Assembly (NCBI GenBank): GCA_965603825.1
Contig: CBFDEM010000029.1
Location: 186,001-250,000 of the forward strand
Reading direction: 5' to 3'
DNA length: 64,000 bases
Source of the DNA: Blepharisma stoltei ATCC 30299
Taxonomy: Eukaryota > Protista > Ciliophora
Positions 37,373-50,645 of this stretch are shown in pieces; within the stretch, counting starts at the first letter, position 1; each line of letters opens with the position of its first letter. The position numbers were made by a program, and so were the translations under genes. The notes below the pieces were generated by a model. That model was not told where the DNA came from and ran no database searches. It worked only from the letters and a program-made list of their open reading frames with translations.

Positions 37373-39751
37373 TTAATATTCAATTTTACTAACTGCATTG
37401 AGTTTTCTGGCCTCTTTGCCCATTTCTTTATACACAACTTTAAGAAGCGTGGCGGCTTCCTTCCAACATCTTTTCAGCTCTTTATTCATTTTATGGGAAT
37501 CAGCTAATTGTTTTTCTTTTTCTTCAAGCTTTTTCTTTAAATTCATAACGTCTTCGGCATGCTCAGGATAAGGCTGCTCCCTCATGGTGTTCATTCTTTT
37601 TCACTCATTCATGCCGCTATTTCTTTCATATTTTAGCTTAGCTATTAGCAGCTCTCTTTCATTTTGCAATTCTAGCATAGCTTCTTCAGCTTGTTTCACC
37701 ATTTGGTTTTGTTTCCAATCATTATCATTTTTCAGCTTATTTATTGCTTCACTATGCTGGGCTTCTAAAATCTGAATAGTGTCAGTTTTATCTTTTAAAA
37801 TTTCTTGGATTCGGTCTTCTTTATCATGAAGCCGAATCAGCAAGCTTCCATTTTCGCTTTTCAAAGTAATTATTTCTCTTTCTAAGTCAAATAGTTTTAG
37901 GCTGCAGTCTTCATTTTCTGCCTGTTTTTGTTTTTTTAAAGACTCAATACTTTCAGTGTACCATTTTTCTTTGTCACTATGCTCTCTGACTTTATCATTT
38001 AGCAGTTTCTCACTTAGCAAAAGTTCTTTGATTTTTAATTCGTTTTTATTTATTGTGCTTTGCAAGTTTATAGTTTCTTCTCTGCATTCAATAAATCTTT
38101 TGTACATTAGATCTTTTTCTTCATGGAGTTTTTTGACATCCTGCATTAATGCATCTTTAGTGGCTTTCATACCTTCAATTTCGTAAAAAAGCTGCTCATT
38201 TTTGAGTCTGTAGCTTTGGGAATTTGAGACTGAATCTGAAACGACTTTCATTTGGTCTGTGACAGCGTCGATTTGTTTTAATAGCCTTTGAGTGTACATA
38301 GAGTCATTATATTTCTGGGTATCGTATTCTTCTTTGAGCATTTTTATTGATTCTGATAGCTGCCTTTGTTTTTGTTTAGCTTTTTCGTATTTATTTTTAA
38401 AAACAATTTTTTCTCGTTGGCACAAATCTAATTGCTCTTGGCCGAGGGTGGTGAATTTTCTTGATCCTGCCCTTGAAAGTTCTAGTTTTAGATCTTCTGA
38501 TTCTACTCTATAAATGAAAGAATCCTCGCTGGCTGCTGAATTTATTTCATTCAAATTTTGGCATTCCTGTAGCCTTGATTCAGCAAATTCCAATTTTTCT
38601 GATAATTCTTCAGCTTTTTTATTTAATCGTTTTATCTGTTTTTCTTTGTTTTCTAAAGCAAAAGCTAAGGACTCTGATTTATCTTTTTCGCGACTAAACT
38701 GATCTTTTAAATATACAATATTTTGCCTTAGCTTGCCTAGTTCATTATTTTCTTCAAGTAACTGCTTATATCTTCCTTCTAAACTTTCATGCTGTTTGAC
38801 TAAATCTGAATATTTTTTCACTATCGCTGAATTTTTTTCAATTTTTTTTTTATAATCCTGTAGCGTTTTTTCTGTCTGTGCAAGCTTACACAAATTAGAG
38901 TTCGCGACGTCCAATTCATCTTTTAAATTAGCTATTTCAGCTTCATATTCTTTTTTTACATCATCAATTTCTGATTTAATAATAAATGATAAATTTTCAG
39001 CTCTTTCTTTATTTCTTATCTCTTCAACTCTTAAATCAAAAAATTCGCTTGGTATTGCGCAAGACGCTGATTTTCTTATAAGCTCATTTTCAAGGCCCAC
39101 ATTGATAACTTTGAGCTCATCTCTTTCACTTAAAATACTAGATTTTTGTTCATTTAAAGCCGACAGTTCTTTTTGCATTGTACTAATTTTTCTAACTAGT
39201 TTTGATTTTTCTTCTCTTAATCTATTGATTTCTTTAGAAGAAATTTTGCTTTCTTCAGCACTGCCGCTGTCATCTTCACCCAAAATGTTTTTGATGAAAA
39301 TCATCAAATTCGTTTGACATTTTTCGTCAAGCTTCATGATGGGGTTTATGAAAGTTTCTTTTTCTTCACAATTTAAAATTGCAAACATCACAAGCTCCAT
39401 TAGTTTTAGGAGCTCTTCTTGACCGGATTTCCGAGCAATTGTTGCTAATTCGATTTGGTCGTATTTTTCGTGGTTAACGCGGAGTTCTTTATCGAGATAG
39501 TTGTCGATGGTTTTTTTGAGCCTTCGGAGATTAGCCAGTTTTAAGGCTCAGTTGTCGTGCGCGTCAATTGTTATGGAGTCTAAGTCAAAATAGTCAGGGG
39601 ATCTAGGTAAAAGTTACACTTTTGACATAAGCTCGTATAATAAAACTCCGTCTGAAAGCTCAGAAAAATTGTTACAGAGTTTGTTAAGCTTCATTTCGTT
39701 AATCTAAATAAAGGATACTCAAATTACTAAACTTTTCTCAATTTCGTCCAT
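37373..39751 (-). CDS. HOOK-family microtubule-tethering coiled-coil protein, two 15-nt introns
   Basis: After splicing: SLVIW|INE..ELSDGVLLYELMSKV|SPDYF..DNWALKLANLRRL..ELLKLMELV..NCEEKETFINPIMKLDEKCQ, then long coiled coil. Confidence 0.85.
39603..39617 (-). other. 15-nt intron (gtaacttttacctag)
   Basis: A at position 10; removes an in-frame TAA in the HOOK N-terminal domain. Confidence 0.88.
39704..39718 (-). other. 15-nt intron (gtatcctttatttag)
   Basis: A at position 10; in-frame TAG; the upstream exon ends in a TGA(Trp) codon. Confidence 0.85.
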
Positions 39752-40911
39752 TTATAAAAAAACCAAAAAGTGCTTTAAGAAGCCCAATGTAGATGCAATT
39801 ATGCTTATAAATAAGATATATACACTCTTTATGGAAAAGATAGAAAATGATAAATGCAAATATTTATTTTTATTAGTATTTTAGATAAGTATTAAGAAAT
39901 CAACTAAAAGGGCAAATCATTATTAAAATTTATAGGATAGCTTTTTAGTATTGATTTTTGGATCAAAATAATATATCATCATATATCAATCTACCGTTAG
40001 AAAAATCACCAAAATTAATTTCATAGAATTTTAAGATTTAGATATTCTATATTTAGATCAAATTATCAGGAATAAGAATCTAGTTCCTCTTAAATAAATA
40101 TCAAATTTAGCCTTTATTATCTCTAAGTCAACTGATCAAAATTTTATTTGCAAAATATCTATGTTTTCTATTTTTCAAAAATAATTTCAGATACCAATTG
40201 CCAATCATATATATAGCTAAATAGGTGCTATATTTATCATACCATTGATAATTTAAAAATTGATGAACTTTATTTATCTCGTCAATCTTGGCACAAATTA
40301 GATAATATACGATCTATTTTATGATTGATTTTACTCTTAATTCATCTTATAGATAGCATTGAAAAAGATGAAAATGGTAGGTATATAAGCGCAAACGGCA
40401 CTAAAATTGATAGAGCTCTTGGGATTTTTAGTCTGTAAATAAAGCTTATTATACAATTAAACCATCCTTGGCATATTGAGAATACAGCTGCTCCTATAAT
40501 TATATTTCCTTTGCTGTTCTGCTTTAAAGTCGCAATAGTTCGAAAACCTGAATTATTTATAAATATTTTGTAAAAGAGAATTTAATATAATTTAAGAAGA
40601 AAGTAATTTGCTTCTTTAAACATATTTTTCTCAAATGATCTATGCATTTTAATACTCAATACGCCTAGATATGAATTCGTATTCTTTATTAATAAAAATT
40701 CAATAATTAAGCAGCATAATTATTTTATTTTATCATTATTTATTGCATCAATCTTATTGCTAATTTTATTTTTCAATCAATTTTAAATAAATTTATTTTA
40801 AGATTTTTATAAATTCACATTATTGCATAAATTCTATAGTTTCTTTAGTCTATGCAAACTTCTCAGTCATTTTATAATTAAATAAACGTATAGATTTAGC
40901 ATATTTAAATT

Positions 40912-41679
40912 ATGGGAAGCAATTGGTCCTGGCCCTGTGGAAATCGTGAAAAGCCTCGATACAAAGTGACTACTGGAAAAGCAAAAGGCCACAAAAAGAA
41001 GCCTCTTCTAATAGCCCGAGTCCAAGCCGAATCTATGCCTATATCAAGGCTTATCTTAATATTTAAAAACGAATTCAAAACCCCAATGCCAAGCTATATT
41101 ATAAACCACCCCACAAGCCAAGACAACTCTATAGTGATTAGCCAAATCCCAAGTGATATTTTTACATTTAAATCTCCCAATGGCACCTACTCATTTTCCA
41201 GATTTCCATTATCCGGCGCAAGTCCATCTGACTGATGTGAAAGTCTCCAAGACCGCTTAGCATCTCCTATCTATACAAACCAATCCCTTATAGGCTGCTG
41301 CATCGAAGAATCAGGACTTGTCCACCTTTTGCATAGCCGACATAGTATAGATGAACAATTATTACCAATCTATATAGTAAAGCATATAGGTCGAAATCTT
41401 TCTAATGAAACTCTTAAACGAGCAATTAACGAAGAAAGAGGAAACCTATTTAAAGCTTGCTTTATTTATCAAGAAGAATTAATCTTAATTATGGAACTCT
41501 CACAAACTCCACAAGATATCACTTATTATGTTGTTGAATATCCACCTCAAGAATTAGATCGGCCTGGCTTCGAAGCTGGGCTTTCAGGGAAAATCGAGAT
41601 GTGTATATCAAAACAAGAGTTAAAATTTGCAGGGATGGTAGCAGGCTATAGCACCCTTTATTTAATTTTTGCACAGTAA
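40912..41679 (+). CDS. Hypothetical protein, possible N-myristoylation (MGSNWS)
   Basis: ORFs 40912 and 41329 are in the same frame, joined through TGA at 41233. Confidence 0.7.
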
Positions 41680-41691
41680 TTTTAAATAAAA

Positions 41692-43062
41692 TTAAATTGG
41701 CATGTTTTGTTTAAACATAAGTTTACGAATGTTGTGTGGAAGGTTGTGAGGAATTGAGGAAATTTTATAATTTGAGAGCAGCCTGAGAGCTTCTTCATTA
41801 TTTGGATCAAGTTCTATTGCTTTTTGTAGGTCTTCATAACCTTGTCGAGCTTGGTTCAATGCAACTTGTGTTTTCGACCTACTCACATAATAAGCAGCCA
41901 CCCCTGGGTTGTATACAATTGCTCTTGAATATTCAATATTTGCCCCTGCAGCGTCTCCTTTGCCATAAAGATTATTTCCTATTGCATTATGCAGCGCAGC
42001 CAGACGAGGGTTCACTTGTTCAGGGCTGGCTCCTAGTTCTATTGCATGATGATAATCAGCTAGAGCAGTCTCAGTCGCTCCTCTCATCCTATAGCAGTCT
42101 CCTCTATTAATAAACAACCCTGCGTCCTGGCTCATAAAGTTTATAGCTTCATTAAAAGGGGTTATCGCTTCTACATACTTTTGAGCTTGATACAAAGATT
42201 TCCCAATATCATTATAAGTTAGCGCAATCTGAATTCTGACCTGGTCTGAAATATTTTCAAAATTCATATGCCGGCTGGCCTTTTCTAGGTCGTCGAGTGC
42301 TTCTTCAAAATTTTCTTGCATTCGATGGATTGCGGCTCTTAATAATAGCAGCTTTGGGGAGTCTTTATAAATTGATAACCCTTTGTCTATAAAATACAGT
42401 CCTTGCTTGTATTCTTTTTTAAAAATAGCATTAACTGCTTTATCGTGCCATTCTTGGGCGAGAGGTTTCATGATATTTACGAACTCGACTACGTCAGGAT
42501 GTGAAGAATTTATATTGAAAGCTTTCCAAAATGCATCATAACCATCAGCTTTTTGGTCTAAACTTAGCAGAATTTTCCCTTTTAGCACAAGGGCATCAAC
42601 TGCTGAGTCTGGAGAAATTTCAATAGCTTTTTCTAATTCTTTTAAAGACAGCATTTTTTCGCCTGATCCTAAGTACCCAAGGGCACACAAATAGTGGTAT
42701 TGCTCATCTTTCTTTATGTTGTGCTCTAAAAAATCCATCGCTGCAGGCACCCTCCCTTCATCTATAAGGCTCATTCCTTTTACAAAGCAAAGCTGGTTTA
42801 AAATTTTTTCTACAGCAGCATCTTGTCTTATTTTCAATGATTTTCGAAAATTCGCAATAGCAGATGCAAGATCAGATAATTTTAAATACAGATGTGCCCT
42901 TTCTATATAGAAATCTGCGTTATCTGGTGATAAAAAAATTATTCTGTTATATTCTAAGATCGATTTTTCAGTTTCCCCGTTCTCTGCAAGCGTTTGTGCT
43001 TTTTCTCGTCGTTCAAGGATTTTAGTTTGGGTCAAAGTATTGAATGAATACGGTTGGATCAT
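41692..43062 (-). CDS. TPR protein, TTC16-like
   Basis: FYIERAHLYLKLSDLASAIANFRK, TYNDIG, FINRGDCY..ALADYHHA. Confidence 0.8.
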   Translation of the reverse strand: MIQPYSFNTLTQTKILERREKAQTLAENGETEKSILEYNRIIFLSPDNADFYIERAHLYLKLSDLASAIANFRKSLKIRQDAAVEKILNQLCFVKGMSLIDEGRVPAAMDFLEHNIKKDEQYHYLCALGYLGSGEKMLSLKELEKAIEISPDSAVDALVLKGKILLSLDQKADGYDAFWKAFNINSSHPDVVEFVNIMKPLAQEWHDKAVNAIFKKEYKQGLYFIDKGLSIYKDSPKLLLLRAAIHRMQENFEEALDDLEKASRHMNFENISDQVRIQIALTYNDIGKSLYQAQKYVEAITPFNEAINFMSQDAGLFINRGDCYRMRGATETALADYHHAIELGASPEQVNPRLAALHNAIGNNLYGKGDAAGANIEYSRAIVYNPGVAAYYVSRSKTQVALNQARQGYEDLQKAIELDPNNEEALRLLSNYKISSIPHNLPHNIRKLMFKQNMPI

Positions 43063-43071
43063 ATTTTATAT

Positions 43072-43425
43072 ATGGACAAGTCATACTTGAGTGAGCTCAC
43101 AGCTGCTGAACAACAGTCAAATGAAATCATAAGAGCAGTCCAGGAAGCTAGAGAAAGAAGACTGAAAGAAGCCAAGTTTGATGCTGAACAAGAACTGGGA
43201 AAAATGAAAAAGGATTTGGAAGCTGAATATAATGCGGCCATTGAAGCTGCGAATAAAGGACTGGGAAATGATATGAGTGGCATGCAGAAAGAGTTTAAGG
43301 ACAAAGCAACTGCTGTTGAAAGAGAGTTCCAATCAAATAAACAAAGAGGGATTGATTTCTTGCTAGAAAGAGTTTATGATGTTAGAATTGAAATCCCAGC
43401 TGTTGTCAAAGGAGAGTTTAATTAA
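43072..43425 (+). CDS. V-type ATPase subunit G
   Basis: LSELTAAEQQSNEII..ARERRLKEAKFDAEQE..IDFLLERVYDV. Confidence 0.85.
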   Translation: MDKSYLSELTAAEQQSNEIIRAVQEARERRLKEAKFDAEQELGKMKKDLEAEYNAAIEAANKGLGNDMSGMQKEFKDKATAVEREFQSNKQRGIDFLLERVYDVRIEIPAVVKGEFN

Positions 43426-43633
43426 GAAATTTATGATTTGAGAATTAGGGAGTTAATAGAGAAATAGGACTTTAAGGTTTTTTTTTTGTGATTTTAAACT
43501 AATATTTCGAGTTATTTTGCTGGAATGACTATAAATTTAACGTAAACCAATTTATGAAATTAATATGATTTTGCAGATATACTAAATAGCTAAAATTATA
43601 GCGAAATAAATTATTTATCATAATGATATTTTT

Positions 43634-46600
43634 CTAAACAGTCACTTTTGAAAAAAGCTGAGGCTCCCCTTGATTATTTGTCGCATTAATAATTCCATCA
43701 TTTTCATCATACACTTCTCTTCCTCTTAAAACTGATTTAATATGTTTCAGCTTCTTAAATCCTGCACATCCATATAAAGAACTCTGCAGATAAATCATCA
43801 CTCCCAAAATCACTCCATATCCTGCTATTAAAAATGAAAATGCAAGTACTTGCTGATCAGTTTGCATGCTAACTAAAGCCCAAGAGCAGCTTCATATAGC
43901 TACGAAATATCCAGCAGCTTTCCAAATGTTAAAGCTTCTGACAAAGCATGGCTTTGTGATAATATTTATCACCATAAGTATAGAACAAACAACAATTACC
44001 ACAGTGAGCTGAAGCCATAAATATTTAGATTTCAAAAAAAATGCTGAAAACCCTGCAATAAGCAGCTTGCCTTGGGATTCAAGAACCAAAAAGGTTGTGT
44101 CGTATTTTAGATCAAGCTCTTTATTTTGATATTGAATATTAGGATATAGCAGAGTAGCGAGAGGATAATACAAAATAGCACAAACAACAGCAAGAGCTAT
44201 ATAAACTGAATGGAGAGTCCCAAAGCACTCTATACTATCGTCTTTGGATAAATACCAATAGTTGCTGCTATCATCGAATTGGCATGAAAATGCTGCCAAA
44301 ATATTTGACATTATTGTTAAATATAGTGAGCATCCAAGTAGAGATATCGATTTAAGTAAAATAAATTGCCAACTTGGAAATTTAGCTTTTGTATGGTCTT
44401 TATTCAAGCCTAGTTTTCCTTCTTTTAAGTATTTTACAGCAGGCCAAACCATCGCAATAAAAACAAAAGCAGCAATTAAGCAAGCCCAGAATGTCTCTTC
44501 CCAGTACTCACTCTGCCCACTGACATTATTAGACACCTCATTTTCTGAATTATTTCCTAGCCAATTCACTTGAGATGAAAAAGCCATGCTAGAAAATGAA
44601 TAAATTTCAGTAACCATGCTAACAATCGCAGTCAAATTTGATAAATTCATTTGCATGTCTGTTGATTTTTTTTGCTCCATAATTTTTTTGGCATCTTCTA
44701 ACGCACTTGACAAAGTTTCAGTAACAATTTCACAAATTTCTGGCCAATCTGGTGAATCTCTTCTTACAATTAATTCTAGACTGTCTTCTTCTGATTGTGG
44801 CTCACTGCTAACTTTTATCAATTTATCCTCTTCAGCAGATTTTGGCGACAAGCACGCAAAACAGCCTTTAAAAAGCACAGCTGCAAGGCGGACTATACAG
44901 TCAGAAATGCTTGAAATGGTATTAAAAAAGCATTCTAAACAATTATTAAGCTTTGCACAAGCTCCTTTCTTTTTCTTTTGAGTTTCTTGCATTTTATCGA
45001 TTTCTGGAGCTTCACTTTCGATAAATACAGACCTTCTTTTTGTTAAATTAATGGTAGAAGTGATCACTCCTCCTGAGCTATGAGGTTGGATTTCTTCTAT
45101 TTTTGGTTCAGCTGTCTCGTTATCAGGAATTTCCATTGAGTTTTTAGGGGCATCAAGTTTGAACATATTTAAATAAGGGTTGACGACTACAGACGCAACT
45201 GGAGCTTGTGCAGTGAAATCAATTTTTTTCATAATTAGAGTTCCAACTGTATGCCTTAGTCTTTCTTCATGGCCTTTGATATCAAGTTTAAGCTTGCTCC
45301 CTAAATATGGCAGATTCGATACTAAATTAGGGTAAATTTTTTCTTCAAAAATTTTATCAAATGCTTCTTTTGGACTCAGATGAGGATACATAGACCTTCC
45401 AATAATATCTAATAAAGTATCATAAAACTCATTAAACCTAATTTTCGTGAATGTTTTATGTGATCTCGCTGCATTAAATTTTCTCGTCAATTTCACATAT
45501 AATATATCACAGCTGACATTAGGGAAATAATACTTAAGCCCACTAAGCCTTAAAAACTGCCTCATATCATGTGAAGTCATCCAAGGTCCATTATCATCCA
45601 CAATCAGTCCATGTGAAAATCTAAAAAACACCATATTAAACCATTCTTTTTTGACATCCGGGTTCTCTTTCAACACTTGAAAATGCTCATTTCTTTTGAT
45701 TTTCATTATTTCTGCTTCAGTTAATTTATTTTCTTTGATTTCTTCATTATCAGCTTTCGGCTCATCAGGATCCATAATAGCAATTCTAAACAGCGCATTT
45801 TGCATTTCTTGTCTTTTCTTTTCCTGGACATGCTTGACTTGTTTTTTAAATGCATGCGTCCATTCATTTGACGACTGCCTTGATTCTTGGCCTGTGCCCT
45901 CCTCACTATTAGGTTGCATTTTCACATAATTATTATTGCTAGGCTCTATGGCGCTTTCTTCTGTGGTAAAATTCATGTCATCTTCTAATACGTCAATTTC
46001 TTCTTTTACAATTAATTTCTCATCTTGAGTTGCAAAAATATTTTTCAGCCATTGCCAGCAGCTTATTTCGTCTTTATGTAAAATTTCATCTTTGTCTACA
46101 TTGTCAATAACTTGGATTTTATTTTTATTTTGAAGTTTCATTAAATCACTTATAGTTACAAGATCTTTGCTGAATCTAAGGTCTGGGTCATTTTCATCAA
46201 CTGGGAAATAATAGATTGCTGTCATATCTAATAGCACTTTTTTGACTGATTCAGGGTCAGAATAGTAGATCTGCTCATAAATTGCTCTTAAAAGCTGCAT
46301 TTTTGATCTAACGCCAGACTTCATTAGCCTGTGCTTGAGTATTAAGCAGCAGTGTTTGGCTATTTTTTCTCGTTCAACAGATTTGAAAATAGTATTTATA
46401 GCAATGCTTCCCATTCCTACACCACTCATAAAGAGCAAACTTACTATTCCGAGTGACCATGAAGTTACCTGCTGAAGCTCACTTTTACTATTGACCATAG
46501 AAACTGATATAGGGATAAAGCATACTAGTGGAAGATAAAAAAAGCATCAGCACCATCCTAAAATATAAGAAATAATTGCTTTTCCGTATTTTCTTAAATA

Positions 46601-48511
46601 ATGCTTGAGCTCCATCAATATAAGTATAAAAAACGTCGAAAATAAAAACCCAATAATAACTGCTACACCAGTGGTTGTAGTCTGCTCTTTAGTAACAGCA
46701 AGTAAAGGAATTGCAATCACAAAAGGGATTGTAACTCCTAACCCCAGTGTTATTTTCATATACTTCCTCTTTTTTTGCAACAATTTACTTTGCAATGGTG
46801 TAATTTCAGTCTTCCTTTTTAAAACTATTTCTGATATAGTTCATTCATGTTCATAAGCATCACTATTATAAAATGAAACTCTATGGACAATTATCGTCAA
46901 AATTATCATAAACCCTAATATTGAAAAGCAGCCAATTAAGTATCCAGATGTGCGCGGGGAGTCTGAGGAAGATATTGTTTCTTTGCAAGCGGTCCATACA
47001 AGAATTGCGAATCCTATAATAAAGCATATCGTGTATGAGAGCTGTATTAAGTCAAAAGTATTTATAAGCTTGGCAGCGTTGAAAATTACAAGCATCTCAG
47101 TTTTGAATTTTATTACAAAGTCAATAAGCCAGTCAAAGATTAAAATTAGTAGCCCACCGATGCCTACGATTCCGGTTAAAACCCAAAATGTAGAAGTTTT
47201 CATCACAGATATGGAGTATAAAGGCCATAAATAGCCGAGAGGGATTACTCCGATTAAGAAAGAAATCGGTAAAATGAGCTGGAAAGCTCTTTTGTTATGG
47301 TGGAAAACCATTGCTAATAAAAATCAATATATCGTAGATATTGGAAAGCCTAACCCGACTAGTATCCCAAGATAATAAGTAGAGTCATTATCATACAAGT
47401 AATAAGAAATTACCATAACTGCCATAGTTATCGGAATTCCTCCAACTAAAGTCCCTGAAGAAAACTTATCATTTTTTTTCAGTCTTGATGCACTAAAAGT
47501 TATCCCAGTAAATAAAAAAGCAGGGACGACAGGAAGATAAAAGCAGCACATCCACAATGCATCGCTGTCTGCATCCCCCTTCAAATACTTATCAAGAAGA
47601 TTAATAATTCCAATTTCCATCGCCAATAAACAGCCTAAAAGCGTTATAGACGAAATCCAGTGTATATTTTCATGAAAAATATTCCATTTGCTAGGTTCTT
47701 GATTCAATAAATCAGGATTTTTCTTAAAAAGTACTTGGACTGCAAGATCTGAGTAATCCCCATTTTTTATCATTTCTTTGTAGACCTCAAATTGATTAGG
47801 ATATTTTTTAAATAATTCCAAATGAATAACTGTTCATATCAGAATTAATAATAATAGATAAGGGAATGCCATAATTTTCAAAAAAATTCTTCCTAAGTCT
47901 GTATCGACATCATCTTTTTCTAAGACTAAAAATATTGCTGATGCTCCCATAATAAGTGGGGCTAAAATGCATATTAACGAAGGGATCAGGGAGGAAAGGA
48001 AAATTTTTCCATTATTATAAATACTTTCTTTAGCAAATCTCAATACTCCAAAAAATATAAAAAGTCCAGGAAAATATGCTAAAAACACAAGTGGGAGATA
48101 TGAAAAATCCTCCTGTGAGACATTGACAATAATTCATATAACTGGGGCTACACAAATGATGAGGAAAATAACTAATACTCTGAATGGCGTTAATCTCAGT
48201 TTCATAAAAATAACCCCATAAATAGCTGAAAGTGGGCATGCAATAATACTAAAGACTGCTAAAGGAGACCTTTTTTGGTCATCTTCTACGTTGGAATGAT
48301 TCATAGTAGAGCCAATCATAGCACAAATTATCCATGAGACGATAATGTATATCAAAATCTCGATTCATTCAACTCATCTCCAAGGCAAATGAAATTCTCT
48401 CTTGAAAAAATTGGAGAACTTGTTGTGGATTGCCACTGAGCTTATGTCAATTTCTTGGTTATTCAAGGCTCTGTCAGTGGCTTGTGAATTTAATCGTGGT
48501 GGTGTATCCAT
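43634..48511 (-). CDS. ~1625-aa polytopic membrane protein with a central p25alpha/TPPP-like cytosolic domain
   Basis: Seven track ORFs share one frame and are separated only by TGA; many hydrophobic helices at both ends; C-terminal FSC..SIECFGTLH-type TM module. Confidence 0.8.
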
Positions 48512-48962
48512 TTCGATATTTTAATAACTGATAAAAAGAATTGATTTAATGCTGATGAATAAAAATAATAAAAAAACTGAAAGATTTCTGACTAAGATGC
48601 AGGGGTATCTGAGGTATATTGGAAGCTAAATGGCAGAATTATGGGAGAATATAATTATGTTATGAAAAGCAATGATTCAGTAAGAAATTTAATTAATTTA
48701 GGTTTATGATGTGCAGGATTATATTTAGCAATATAAAACCGCGATAGAAAAATATCATTCTCGTTATAAATTTTAATATTTAGAATACACATTATCAGAT
48801 TTCATTTCAAAAACCATAATTTATGTAATTAAAATATAAAGCGACCCTGAGCCAAAAATTGCATATATCTTATTGGCTTATTCGAATAAATAATTAAACC
48901 ACACTATTTCGCATTTCTCCATCTTCTTAATAAATTGTTGACAAAATCTTGATAATTAATCT

Positions 48963-49811
48963 ATGAAAGCTTTAATTATTCTTTCACTTCTTGCGTATTC
49001 ATCATACGCAGGATATGTCCTGGTGATGAACGACACTTTTACAGACTTAAGCAATTGAATTGCAGACGTTATGCCAGGCTCGGCCTCAGGAAACAGCGAA
49101 TGGGAATATTATACCGATTCTCCAAACAATGTCTTTACAACTCAAATAAATGGGCAGAATGCTTTAGTCCTCAGAGCTCTTGCACAAAATTATGAAGGCT
49201 ATAATTACACTTCAGGAAAAGTGCACTCAGTCCGTCCTTGGGGGCCATATGGATTTTTCAATATAAAAGCTGTTGTCCCGAAAGGCAATGGGTTATGGCC
49301 AGCAATTTGGCTTTTACCACCAAATGCTCAAACCATATATGGGACTTGGCCAGCATGTGGAGAAATTGATATCATGGAAACTGTCTGCACAAACAGCTCA
49401 GGGTATTCAACCATACATTTCGGAGGAGAGTGGCCAAATGGAGCCCAATGGCCTAATAATGGCTACAATATGTGGTCTTTTCTTCCTAATTGGAATATTC
49501 AGCATTGGTATGGACTTGATTGGCAGCCTAATTATATAAATTTTTGGCTAGATGCACAAATGATTAATGGGAAGATTACAGGTGGACAATTATTATTTAA
49601 TATTCCATCAAGTAGGTGGTATGCACTTAATAGCAATGGGCAAAGATATCCAGGCAATGCGCCTTTTAACCAGCCATTCAATATTATACTGAACGTGGCT
49701 GTAGGAGGATTTTGGCCTTGCTGGGAAGGCTGCTGTCAAAATCTTGCCATCCCAGCACAGATGGAAATTTATAATGTTCAGATATGGCACAATTCGCAGA
49801 GTGAAGAATAA
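48963..49811 (+). CDS. Secreted GH16 beta-1,3-glucanase (laminarinase-like), copy 1
   Basis: Signal peptide from ATG 48963; TGA at 49056 read as Trp; GNSEWEYYT, WPAIWLLP, catalytic GEIDIME, APFNQPF. Confidence 0.92.
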
Positions 49812-50645
49812 CTAAATTTAATCATGATTGGATCGATTTATATGAATATAATTAATTATGCCGTCATATTTTTATAAATAAAGTTAGATAATAGACTATA
49901 AAATCTAATACTTTATTTTTACTTTATTTAATTCTTTTAAAGCTGCAAGCTGCAACACAGCATTTTTCTTTTCTTCGCAGTTTTTCCCAATTTTAGCATT
50001 GCACCTTCTAAACATCATCAACATATATTCACCAACAAAATTAAAAAAAAATTAAAATAGGCTAAGCATTGCTCTTTAACGTAAATCTTCTAACAATTGG
50101 ATTATTTCATTTTATATGCTAAAATAAATTTAAACTTGATATTTATATTTTAATATAGGCAATTAAATTAGCCTTAGCTGATGCTTTACAGACTTAAACA
50201 ATTGATTTCCAATATAATCCTGGAAATGAATCATCAATAATAAGCATAAATAGATAAGAATATAACCAAAATCCCTTTAATTAGGTTTCTATAACTATTC
50301 ATATTTATATGAAAATATTTTGATCCTTCTGAATAGATAAAATTCTATCTCATATATGGAGTTTTTAAGTTAAATGATAATTATTCAAGAAATCCGCTTT
50401 ATATCTATTTTAATCACTAATTTCAATTTGCGATTAAATTAGGTTCACTGATTATCAAATTGAATTATTTAATTTACTTTCCTCCATTTCTCATATGAGG
50501 CTTAAATTTTTTTTAAAATTTGTCAACTCTTCACACAAGTAATTTATTTAGTAATTTTATTTTCATCTCCCAACATTTTATATAGATCAATTATTTTTTA
50601 AAAAGACTTATAAACATCGTTGGTAAAAATTCATTCTCCTGATAA

